Shown here piece after piece: positions 46,822-55,823 of a stretch of 64,000 bases of DNA. Both the position numbers and the translations under genes were made by a program. How positions within the stretch are numbered: position 1 is the stretch's first letter; every line of letters starts with the position of its first letter. The stretch comes from an uncultured Thermoleophilia bacterium (GTDB taxonomy: Bacteria > Actinomycetota > Thermoleophilia > Gaiellales > Gaiellaceae). The notes beneath the pieces were generated by a model. It was not told the origin of the DNA. It searched no databases and was given only the letters and a program-made list of their open reading frames with translations. The stretch spans positions 204,747 to 268,746 of the forward strand of contig CAWEXL010000005.1 in assembly GCA_963812995.1 (NCBI GenBank), read 5' to 3'.

Positions 46822-47793
46822 CCGGCGCCGGACGGTCGAGCAGGCGCGCGAGCGTCTCGACGAATGCGTCGTCGTCGACCTGGTCGAGCACCGAAACGCG
46901 GATCGCCTCGGGATAGGCGCGAACGACCATGCCCTGCCGCAGCAGCAGGTCGCTGAGCGCAAGCCCGTCGGCGCACCGGGACGTAGAGGAAGTTGCGCGT
47001 GCGACGGCAGCGGCTCGAGTCCGAGCGCGCGTAGGCAGGAGGCGAGCCGCTCGCGCTCCTCGACGCACGTCCGAGACATCCGGCGGCGAGGCCAGCGCGG
47101 CGAGCGCCAGCGTGGCGGACAGCGTCGAGATCGGCGCCGGAGCCTGGCGGTTGTTCAGCTCGGCCGCAATATCCGCCGCAGCGAGCGCGTAGCCGATGCG
47201 CGCTCCTGCGAGCGCGAACGCCTTCGAGAACGTCCGCAGCACGATCACGCCGTCGTCGAGCAACGGCAGCGCCGTCACGCCCGCGTACTCGAAGTACGCC
47301 TCGTCGACAACGAGCGGCCGCGCGTCGGGCAGCGGATCGAGCGACGCCGGTCGGGTTGTTCGGCCGGCACGCAAACGTGAGAACAGGCGCGTCGTCACCG
47401 ACCTCGGCCCCCGCCAGCTGCGTCGCGATCCGGTAGAGCGAGTACGTCGGCGCCGCCGGAACCGCGATGCGGTCACCGGGGCCGGCAAAGGCGCGGGCGC
47501 AGAGCAGGATCAGATCGTCGGCGCCGGCGCCGAGCACGACGTTCTCGGGCTCGACCCCGTTGTAGTCGGCGATCGCCCGGCGCAGCTGCCGGTAGCCGCC
47601 CGCCGGATAGCCGCTGACGCGCGCGAGCGCGCCGGCGATCGTGCCCGGCCGCGTCGTCGGCAGCGGCAGCGGCGGCGTGTTCTGGTCGAACCGCAGCACC
47701 TGCGAGGGATCGATGCCGGCGAGCGCCGCCGACCTCGTCGGTCGGCGCGAGCCCAGCGTATACGGCCTGGAACTCCGGCGCGAGCTCTCTCAT
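46810..47793 (-). pseudogene. hisC: Histidinol-phosphate aminotransferase, about 4 frame switches; 3' end approximate
   Basis: The ATG overlaps the hisD TGA. Fragments are LRFDQNTPP...YP...[55 protein letters not shown] and IRVSV, spread over three frames. Confidence 0.8.
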
Positions 47794-48774
47794 CGCCGCA
47801 CCGCCTCGGCGTGCGCGGGCATGTTCTCGGCCGCGGCGAGCGCTTCGACCGTCGGCCGGATGCGCGCGAGCCCTGCCTCGGTCAGCCGCTGCACGGTGAG
47901 CGGCTTCAGGAACGTCTCGAGGCCGAGCCCGCCGACCGAGCCGCGCCCACCCGCCGGTCGGCAAGACGTGGTTGCCGCCCGTGGCGTAGTCGCCCGCGGG
48001 CACCGGCGACCAGCGTCCGACGAAGACCGAGCCCGGCGTTCCGCACCTGCGACGGCCAGCGCCTCTGCCTCGTCGCCCAGCAGCACGAGGTGCTCGGGCG
48101 CGATCTCCTCGGCCTCCGCCAGGCTGTCGACGACGCGGCAGACGGCGTCCGGGCCGTGCTCGCCCTGCGCGGCGAGCTCCAGCTCGACCAGCCGCTGGTC
48201 GACGTCGCCGAGCGCGAGCACGACGACCTCGGAGGGGCCGCCGGGCAGGTCGATGGGGACGTCGCGCCACACCTCGAGCTTCGCGTCGTTCACGTAGGAG
48301 TTGCCGGGGCCGACGATCTTGTCGACCTGCTCGACGTAGGCCAGGAAGCCGATCGCCTGCGGGCCGCCAAGCGCCCAGACCTCGTCGACGCCGAGCAGCT
48401 CGGCCGCGGCGGCGATCAAGCCCGCGCCGGACGGCGGCGTGCAGACGACGATCCGGCGCACACCCGCGACCTGCGCCGGGACGACGGTCATGACCAGGGT
48501 CGAGAGCAGGCCTCGCGGAACGTAGACGCCGATCGTGTCGAGTGGCACCCAGCGGCGCTCGAGCAGCACGCCGGGCTCGACCTCGAGCGTCACGTCCGCC
48601 GGGCGCTGCACCGCATGCCACCGGCGGACACGGTCGGCGAGCTCGAGGAGTGCGTCGACCGGCAGCCCGTCCGGCTGGGCAACGGCTCGCGCCGGCTCGA
48701 AACCGTCGAGCTTGACCGCCCACTCGCTCACGGCTGCGTAGCCCCGCTCGCTTGATATCCGAGACGATCGTCAT
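47790..48774 (-). pseudogene. hisD: Histidinol dehydrogenase, 2-3 frame switches and unusually short
   Basis: The ATG overlaps the hisG TGA (ATGA). Motifs: [73 protein letters not shown] and [14 protein letters not shown]. The whole span is only about 985 nt. Confidence 0.8.
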
Positions 48775-49598
48775 CCGACCATCCGCTCGACCGGCACGAG
48801 CAGGATCGACGAGGCGCCGGCCTTCTCCAGCTCGGGCAGCAGCAGCCAGACGTCCGCAGACGGGACGAGCGCATGCACGGCCACCATCCCGGTCTCGGCC
48901 AGCGGCAGCACGCTCGGCACCCGCGGGTGCACCAACTCGCGAATCGCGGGCAGAGCCGCCACCGGCGCGTTGAGCATCAGATAGCGGTGGCTGCGCGCCT
49001 CGACAACCGCGCGCAGCATGGCAGTGAGCGGGTTCTCCGGCCCTCCGCCGTCGGGGCGCGCGATCAGCACCGCCTCCGACTCGAGCAGCACGCCAAGCGA
49101 GCGCAGGCCGTTCGTGAGCAGGGTGTTCCCCGACGAGACGAGATCGACGATCGCGTCGGCGAGGCCGAGCCTGGGGGCGATCTCGACCGAGCCCGTGACG
49201 TCGACCAGCTCGACCTGGGCGGGCAGCAGCTCGCTGGTCAGCCGCGGATAGACCGTCGCCACCGAGAGCCCCGCCAGATCCTCGAAGCGCTGGTACGACG
49301 ACTCCGCCGGGACGGCGGCCTCGAGACGGCACGAGCCGAAGCCGAGCTTCAGCACCTCGCTGACGCGGGCCCCGCGCTCGCGGACGAGATCGATGCCCGT
49401 GATCCCGCAGTCGACGACACCGTCCTGCACGTACTCGGGGATGTCGGCGGCGCGAACGAGCAGCACCTCGACCGGCGCGTTGCGGCAGGGGAATGCGAGC
49501 GCGCGCTCGCCCGGCTGCTCCGGGCCGAGGCCCGCGTCCTCGAGCAGCTTGAACGACGGCTCGCGCAGCCGGCCCTTGACGGGCAGCGCGACCTTCAG
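48771..49598 (-). CDS. hisG: ATP phosphoribosyltransferase, long form with C-terminal regulatory domain
   Basis: The frame is intact. Motifs: [43 protein letters not shown] and a HisG_C-like end. There is no ATG/GTG/TTG at the expected N-terminus. The only fitting start is a CTG overlapping the upstream TGA (CTGA). Confidence 0.82.
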   Translation of the reverse strand: MKVALPVKGRLREPSFKLLEDAGLGPEQPGERALAFPCRNAPVEVLLVRAADIPEYVQDGVVDCGITGIDLVRERGARVSEVLKLGFGSCRLEAAVPAESSYQRFEDLAGLSVATVYPRLTSELLPAQVELVDVTGSVEIAPRLGLADAIVDLVSSGNTLLTNGLRSLGVLLESEAVLIARPDGGGPENPLTAMLRAVVEARSHRYLMLNAPVAALPAIRELVHPRVPSVLPLAETGMVAVHALVPSADVWLLLPELEKAGASSILLVPVERMVG

Positions 49599-49867
49599 GA
49601 GCTGCGTACGCCCCGCCTCCGGTCGAGCGCCAGCCTGTAGCCGCCTTCGCCGTGCTTCAGCCAGTGCGCCACGCGTGTCACGGTCGTCGTCGAGGCGTGC
49701 GTCCGCTCCGCGATCGCCAGATACGGCAGCCCCTGCTCGAGCAGCTGCGCCACCTGCCACCGGTGCGCCATCGCCTCGAGCTCCGACATCGTGCAAAGAT
49801 CCCGCAGGAACGACTCGACCTCCGCCCGGCTCTCCAGCGACAGGATCGCGTCGAAGACCTCTCGCAT
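49595..49867 (-). CDS. TrpR-related YerC/YecD family protein (candidate histidine-operon regulator, HisR-like)
   Basis: 90 aa: [75 protein letters not shown]. This matches the YerC/YecD pattern (DLCT..E......R..VA..L..G..Y..I...T.AST.T..RV...L..G..GY). Confidence 0.85.
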   Translation of the reverse strand: MREVFDAILSLESRAEVESFLRDLCTMSELEAMAHRWQVAQLLEQGLPYLAIAERTHASTTTVTRVAHWLKHGEGGYRLALDRRRGVRSS

Positions 49868-49924
49868 CGGTTTCGTTGCCCATGGGTGTCGTCGCGCGCT
49901 CCGCCATTGATATCTCCGGACGTC

Positions 49925-49942
49925 ATGTTAGCACGGTAACAT
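49925..49942. promoter_or_regulatory. Perfect inverted repeat ATGTTA-N6-TAACAT in the hisA / HisR-hisG divergent region
   Basis: Read directly: tcATGTTAgcacggTAACATag. The right arm ends 6 nt before the hisA ATG, so TAACAT could also serve as a -10 for a leaderless hisA mRNA. Confidence 0.35.
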
Positions 49943-49948
49943 AGAAGA

Positions 49949-50632
49949 ATGTGGTTCTCGTTACCCATAGAGGTGATTCCGGCCGTCGACGTGCTGGGCG
50001 GAGAAGCCGTGCGCCTGCATCGAGGGGACTACGACGCAGTCGTCGAGCGGGCCGCAGACCCGATCGCCCTGGCCCGCCGCTGGGCCAACGCCGGCGCCCC
50101 CCGCGTGCATCTCGTCGATCTCGACGGCGCCCGTTCGGGGCGCGTCCGGCCGGAACTCGTCCGTGAGGTGGCCAAGGCCATCGCCCCGCTGCCGCTACAG
50201 GCATCAGGGGGCATCCGCTCGGTCGCAGACGCGCGCGCACTCCTCGAAGCGGGCGCCGACCGCGTGATCGTCGGCACCGCCGCCTGGCCCGACCCGGCGC
50301 CGTGGGTCGAAGCGCTGGGAACGGCCGTCGTCGTCGCCCTCGACGTCCGCGACGGCACCGTCCGCGCGGCCGGCTGGACCGAGGAGGCCGGGCTGGCCGT
50401 CGCCGAGGCAGTCGAACGCTGTCTTGCAGCCGGTGTGGTGCGCGTCCACTGCACGGCGATCGAGCGAGACGGAACGCTGGCCGGGCCCGACCTGAACCTG
50501 GTCGAACTGGTCGCCGGACGCGGCCTGCAGGTCGTAGCCGCGGGAGGCGTCCGCTCGCCCGACGACGTCGTGGCGCTGGCCGCGGCAGGCGCCGAGGCAG
50601 CGGTCGTCGGGCGAGCTCTGCTTTCCCCTTAG
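49949..50632 (+). CDS. hisA: 1-(5-phosphoribosyl)-5-[(5-phosphoribosylamino)methylideneamino]imidazole-4-carboxamide isomerase (HisA/PriA type)
   Basis: Intact 227 aa with VIPAVDVLGGEAVRL.RGDY, HLVDLDGA, ASGGIRS, RVIVGTAA and AAGGVRS. Confidence 0.88.
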   Translation: MWFSLPIEVIPAVDVLGGEAVRLHRGDYDAVVERAADPIALARRWANAGAPRVHLVDLDGARSGRVRPELVREVAKAIAPLPLQASGGIRSVADARALLEAGADRVIVGTAAWPDPAPWVEALGTAVVVALDVRDGTVRAAGWTEEAGLAVAEAVERCLAAGVVRVHCTAIERDGTLAGPDLNLVELVAGRGLQVVAAGGVRSPDDVVALAAAGAEAAVVGRALLSP

Positions 50633-51387
50633 GCGGTCACGAGCGCCAAATCCGCCTTGAGCGCCGCAAGGTCGAACCCATTCGGTGCCTGGTCGCCGTT
50701 CAGGAAGTCGGGCGACAGGATGCAGTAGGCCTCGTCGCAGTAGCGCTGCCAGAACGCCCAGGTCATCTGCTTGGGCGCGCCCCAGGTCACGACCTCGAGA
50801 CCGGCCCGCGAATACCCGACGACATCGACGGCATGGCCGCCCCACGAGCCCGGGCGCGCCGGACCGGTGAGCGATCCCGTCCAGTCCCAGACGTCCTGGT
50901 CCTGGGCCGTGAGCGGCATCGAGAGCCCGATATAGAGGCCGCCGAAGAGATACGACGCGGTCCGGACGAGCTTCTTGTCGTGCACGGGCACCGACGCGAA
51001 CGCGCCGATGCGATGGCGGGCAATGCCCGTCTTGCGCCAGAACTTGAGCACGTCGAGTTCGACGGCACCTTCCTCACCGGTCACCGGGTCGACGATCTTG
51101 ACCTGTTCGAAGGCGACGATCACGGCCGATTCCGAGATCTCGACGACCTGGCCTGCGGCGGCTGTCCAGGCCTCGATCATGTGGCCGGCAGCGGCGCAGG
51201 TGCAGTCGCCGAGCCGGTCGTTCGCGTACATCGGCCAGTCGGGAACGCGCTTCGTGAGGTCGAGGCTGCCCGGCGCGCGCGGCAGCTTTGCGCGGTCGAC
51301 GTAGCGCGTGAGCGCGAGCGTTCGGACGTCGTGGCGTACGGGGAGCCTGCCGAGCAGGCCCACGGTGGTGGCGGTGAGAGCGGACAT
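50629..51387 (-). CDS. Cytosolic papain-fold (C1-like) cysteine peptidase-like protein, uncharacterised
   Basis: Intact 252 aa with no signal peptide and a strong AAGGAGG 5 nt before the ATG. A candidate Cys sits in RLGDCTCAAAGH. GGHAVDVVGY...VVTWG parallels the papain DHAV..VGY...NSWG His/Asn region. Confidence 0.55.
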   Translation of the reverse strand: MSALTATTVGLLGRLPVRHDVRTLALTRYVDRAKLPRAPGSLDLTKRVPDWPMYANDRLGDCTCAAAGHMIEAWTAAAGQVVEISESAVIVAFEQVKIVDPVTGEEGAVELDVLKFWRKTGIARHRIGAFASVPVHDKKLVRTASYLFGGLYIGLSMPLTAQDQDVWDWTGSLTGPARPGSWGGHAVDVVGYSRAGLEVVTWGAPKQMTWAFWQRYCDEAYCILSPDFLNGDQAPNGFDLAALKADLALVTA

Positions 51388-51470
51388 CTGGCCTCCTTCA
51401 ATTCCGGGATTCAGCGCCGCAGAGGATGCAAATGCCGCAGAACGTTCTTACCGGGTCGGCGTGCCCCGAG

Positions 51471-52694
51471 TCAAGCTCGAGCGACCGAGTCGCGCGCCCA
51501 CGCGGCGATCAGGCCGCGGTAGTGGGCGGTGAAGCGCTCCTGCTCGTGCGCGGGGAACGTGTCCCGCACGGTGCGCACGAGCAGCTCGTCGAACTCCCAC
51601 GAGGTGAACCACACGTAGGCGATTTCGTCGAGGTGCGCGAGATGGCGGTCGCAGAACTCACGGTAGGCATCGATCTGGAAGTAGGCGTCGGACAGCTGGC
51701 GATACCGCGCGAGCTTCTCCTCATACGAGAGGTCGGCGCGGTCGCCCCACGCGAAGTAATCCCGCGAGTTCTGGTTGATCAGCATCTCGCGGCGGGTGAC
51801 GGCACAGAACGCCGACCAGCGCACGAGCGCGGTGATCGCCCATGGGAAGTAGTAGTGCAGCGAGGTGAGCGAGACGTCCGGCGACGCATTCGCGTAGTCG
51901 ATCGGGTAGGCGACGCCGTCCTTGACGATCGTCTCGCACGAGTTGAACTCCCAACGGAAAAACGCGTTCACGAGCCTTGAGATCGTGACGATCTCGTCTC
52001 CGAGGGCGGGCGTGAGGAAGTCGTGGCGCACCTGGTAGCGGTCGTACATCGGCCGCGAGGGGTCGAACCACATCGACATCGTCTCGGCGCCGATCGAAAG
52101 GCTGCGAACGAACACGTCGAAGTCCTCGAGCGCGGTCTGCAGATGCATCATCCGCTGGCCCGACTCGTCGTAGCGCGCCTGGAGCTCGGCCGCCGAGCCG
52201 ACCCGTGAGACGCCGACCCACTGCCCGCCGTCGAAGGGCTTCATGTAGAGCGGGTAGCCGATGTCGGCGCCGATCGTGGCCAGGTCGAACGGCGTGTTGT
52301 AGCGCTCGGCCGTCTCCTGAAAGCGCGGGTTCTCCGGCGGGACCTTGTGGGGAATCAGCCAGGTCTCCGGCACGCGAATCCCGAGCCGCATCAGCGCGCA
52401 GTACGCGGAGTGCTTCTCCATCGCCTGGAAGGTGAACGGGTTGTTCAGCAGGTACACGTCGTCCATCAGTGAGATCTTCTTGAGCCACGCGCGAGGCAGG
52501 TCGTACCACCACGCGAGCCGGTCGATGACGAGCGAGTAGCGCGGCGTCGAGCGCAGGTCGAACGGCTCGTTGCTGATTCGCTCGGTGCGCAGCCCGTGGC
52601 CGGCGACGGGTCCCAGCCGCGAGACGAGCGCCTCGAACGCCGTCGGCCAGTCGTCCTCGGTGCCGAGCAACAGGCCGATCAGCCGCTCGTCCAT
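51471..52694 (-). CDS. ATP-grasp fold ligase, substrate unknown
   Basis: The ATG at 52694 overlaps the upstream esterase TGA (TGATG); the track start at 52736 is a GTG inside that gene. ATP-grasp-like elements are GYPLYMKPFDGGQWVGVSRV, FVRSLSIG and YPIDYANASPDV. A C-terminal helical extension of about 110 aa follows. Confidence 0.65.
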   Translation of the reverse strand: MDERLIGLLLGTEDDWPTAFEALVSRLGPVAGHGLRTERISNEPFDLRSTPRYSLVIDRLAWWYDLPRAWLKKISLMDDVYLLNNPFTFQAMEKHSAYCALMRLGIRVPETWLIPHKVPPENPRFQETAERYNTPFDLATIGADIGYPLYMKPFDGGQWVGVSRVGSAAELQARYDESGQRMMHLQTALEDFDVFVRSLSIGAETMSMWFDPSRPMYDRYQVRHDFLTPALGDEIVTISRLVNAFFRWEFNSCETIVKDGVAYPIDYANASPDVSLTSLHYYFPWAITALVRWSAFCAVTRREMLINQNSRDYFAWGDRADLSYEEKLARYRQLSDAYFQIDAYREFCDRHLAHLDEIAYVWFTSWEFDELLVRTVRDTFPAHEQERFTAHYRGLIAAWARDSVARA

Positions 52695-53413
52695 CAGCAG
52701 AATCTCTGTAGATGATGGGCGATCTGCCGCCGCCACGAGGGCCAGTCATGCGGGACGTCGTGTCCCCACAGATCGACCTCGTGGCGGATGCCCTTGTCTC
52801 CGAGCAACTCCCCGAATTGCACCGTCGACGCGAGCGCACCGGTGGTGTCCTCCCACTGGCCCCGGCCGCACACGAGCACGAGCGACGCCTGGGCGCGGAG
52901 CCAGTCGAGGTGCTCGCCGTGCAGATTGGCGACGTAGTCCATCGGGTTGTTGAAGTAAACGGCCTCGCCGCGCTCGCCGCCACCCTGCACCGCCACGTCG
53001 TAGACACCGCTCAGACACAGCGCGAGCGGCATCAGGTCGGCCCGCTTGAGGCAGAAGTTGGCGGCATGGAAGGCGCCGAACGAGCAACCGGTGACGACGA
53101 TCTCGTGCGTGTGGGAGTCGGCCTGGATGAACGGAAGCAGCCGCGTCAGCACCCACCACTCGTAGTGACCGTGGCGCCGTGCCCGTTCCTCGAGGGGAAG
53201 ATCGTGACGCGTCCAGCTGTCGCGGTCGTACGACGGCGCGCAGTACAGCTTGATCCGGCCGCCGTCGATCAGGTCGCCGACAGCGGCGACCATCTCACGA
53301 TCTTCCCAGTCGGTCACCTCGCCGTTCTCGGAAGGGAACGCGAGCACGGGCCGTCCGTAGTGGCCGAACGCGAGAACGTCGCCGCCGTCGACCTCGATGC
53401 GCCGGCGCTGCAT
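52694..53413 (-). CDS. Esterase family protein (esterase D/Fes-type alpha/beta hydrolase), short form
   Basis: The ATG at 53413 overlaps the upstream TGA (TGATG). It has a nucleophile elbow GCSFG and a late His in WGHDVPHDW. The longer track ORF is an upstream extension. Confidence 0.72.
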   Translation of the reverse strand: MQRRRIEVDGGDVLAFGHYGRPVLAFPSENGEVTDWEDREMVAAVGDLIDGGRIKLYCAPSYDRDSWTRHDLPLEERARRHGHYEWWVLTRLLPFIQADSHTHEIVVTGCSFGAFHAANFCLKRADLMPLALCLSGVYDVAVQGGGERGEAVYFNNPMDYVANLHGEHLDWLRAQASLVLVCGRGQWEDTTGALASTVQFGELLGDKGIRHEVDLWGHDVPHDWPSWRRQIAHHLQRFC

Positions 53414-54405
53414 CACGAAACCGCCTGCAGCAGATCGACGAGGTGCGGATCGAGCGCGTCGCGCCAGCAGACCCAGTTGTGCGCGTCGCGCACCTCGGCG
53501 AACCGGACCGCATAGCCCCGCCCCGCGAGGGCCGCGGCGACCGCGCGATTGTTCGCCAGGTTCTCCTCGGCGGTGCCGCACGTGACCATCACGGGAATCG
53601 TCCTCTCCTGGCCCGGCCCGCGCAGCACCGTCCCGACGAAGCGAGTGATCCGGGCGTAGCGTCCGAAGCTCGACTCGACCTTGTCGAAGCGCTGGCGGAA
53701 GAAGCTCCCCGACTGGAGCAGCAGCGCGTCGAAGTTGCCCGGATGCCGGACATGGGCGTGCAACAGCGCGAGCGCACCGAGACTCGCCCCCACACCGACG
53801 CGCGGGCCGTGCGCGAGGCTGCGGCGCAACTCCGGCAGGAGCTCGCGGACGAGAGCCGCCGCATAGACGGCAGACGCGGAGTAGGTCTCGTTGCGGTCGA
53901 CAGGCGGGAGCAGCGCCGCCCAGAGCGGCGGGATCCGGCCTTGCTCGCTCAACACGTCGAGAAACCGGGTGAGACGTGAGTACTGGGCGTACTCGGGCCC
54001 GTCGTGCACGACGAGGAGCGGAGACCCTTCGCCCGGCGGCCCAGGCGTGGAGTAGACCAGAGCATCGACCGCCCCGCCAAGGCGGCGGCAGCGGAGCCCG
54101 ACCTGCTCGATGCGTCCTTCCGGCGCCGGCGAGTCGAGCCAGCCGGGCGCGGTGTACTCCGGCCACTCGATGACGGACTTGTCGCCGAACGGCCCCGGAG
54201 CCCGCCGTGGATTGGCCGGGTCAGGCCCGAGTACGCCGTCGATTTCGAGCAGATACTCCAGGCGGTCGGCAGCGGGACGCGGAAAGCGCAGGTACCAGCT
54301 CCCGCCGTCGAACGCGAACGGCGGGCCGAGCCGCGGACGAGCAACCTCCTGTGCGAGCGAGACGTTTTCGAAGCGCCGGTTTTCGTCGACCACGCGAAAC
54401 AGCAC
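53413..54405 (-). CDS. Esterase family protein with N-terminal beta-sandwich (enterochelin-esterase-like architecture)
   Basis: Intact 330 aa. An N-domain of about 100 aa is followed by an alpha/beta hydrolase with LLVVHDGPEY, the nucleophile elbow GASLGA and a late His in DAHNW. Confidence 0.72.
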   Translation of the reverse strand: MLFRVVDENRRFENVSLAQEVARPRLGPPFAFDGGSWYLRFPRPAADRLEYLLEIDGVLGPDPANPRRAPGPFGDKSVIEWPEYTAPGWLDSPAPEGRIEQVGLRCRRLGGAVDALVYSTPGPPGEGSPLLVVHDGPEYAQYSRLTRFLDVLSEQGRIPPLWAALLPPVDRNETYSASAVYAAALVRELLPELRRSLAHGPRVGVGASLGALALLHAHVRHPGNFDALLLQSGSFFRQRFDKVESSFGRYARITRFVGTVLRGPGQERTIPVMVTCGTAEENLANNRAVAAALAGRGYAVRFAEVRDAHNWVCWRDALDPHLVDLLQAVS

Positions 54406-54431
54406 CGCGTGATCGACAGCCTGCGGCCCCG

Positions 54432-55484
<1,053 letters not shown>

Positions 55485-55565
55485 CCAAAGCTCCTTTGCA
55501 TGCGTGAGAATTCCAGAGGCGAGCCGGAGCCCGCCCTCACGCGTGACCAGAACTGGTACCGGAGA

Positions 55566-55625
55566 CTAGGAGCGAGAGCGACGAGCAGCGGCGCGGAGAA
55601 CGCGGGTCTGAGCAGCTCGTTTCAT
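55566..55625 (-). CDS. Speculative 19-codon Arg-rich upstream ORF in the rsgA leader
   Basis: GAGGAGG, a 10-nt gap, then ATG AAA CGA ... TAG, giving MKRAAQTRVLRAAARRSRS. No homology was recognised, and it could be fortuitous. Confidence 0.15.
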   Translation of the reverse strand: MKRAAQTRVLRAAARRSRS

Positions 55626-55662
55626 CCGTGTACCACCTCCTCGTCGACAATCGGGTCTGTTC

Positions 55663-55691
55663 ATTGTGCGCACCGCTCGCGCTTTGCGCAA
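55663..55691 (-). promoter_or_regulatory. Candidate rsgA promoter
   Basis: On the minus strand: TTGCGC (55691-55686), a 17-nt spacer, then CACAAT (55668-55663). Confidence 0.3.
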
Positions 55692-55716
55692 GCGCGGCGG
55701 TCTTAGAGGACAGCGT

Positions 55717-55722
55717 TACAAT
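55717..55722 (+). promoter_or_regulatory. -10 element (TACAAT) for the SRP RNA gene
   Basis: TACAAT lies 6-7 nt upstream of the first base that can pair in the SRP RNA terminal helix. No good -35 was seen. Confidence 0.4.
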
Positions 55723-55728
55723 GCCGGC

Positions 55729-55808
55729 GCCCGCGGCGCGGTGAGGTTCCGAACCGGGTCAGGTCCGGAAGGAAGCAGCCCTAAGGATCCCTCACCGGTG
55801 CCGCGGAC
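55729..55808 (+). ncRNA. ffs: Signal recognition particle RNA (small, 4.5S type)
   Basis: It contains the near-invariant domain IV sequence GGUCAGGUCCGGAAGGAAGCAGCC (55757-55780). This is flanked by a long closing helix: CCGCGGC..GGUGAGG (55731-55746) pairs with CCUCACC..GCCGCGG (55790-55806). The ends are +/- a few nt. Confidence 0.85.
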
Positions 55809-55823
55809 TTTCGAGCAACGGCT

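Noticed and set aside
45206-49332. Long Arg/Pro/Ala-rich ORFs in the his region (e.g. 47473..49332, 45698..47488, 46254..47699 as single proteins)
   Set aside because: They are chimeras of short genuine his-gene fragments and out-of-frame read-through. Only the fragments matching His enzymes were used.
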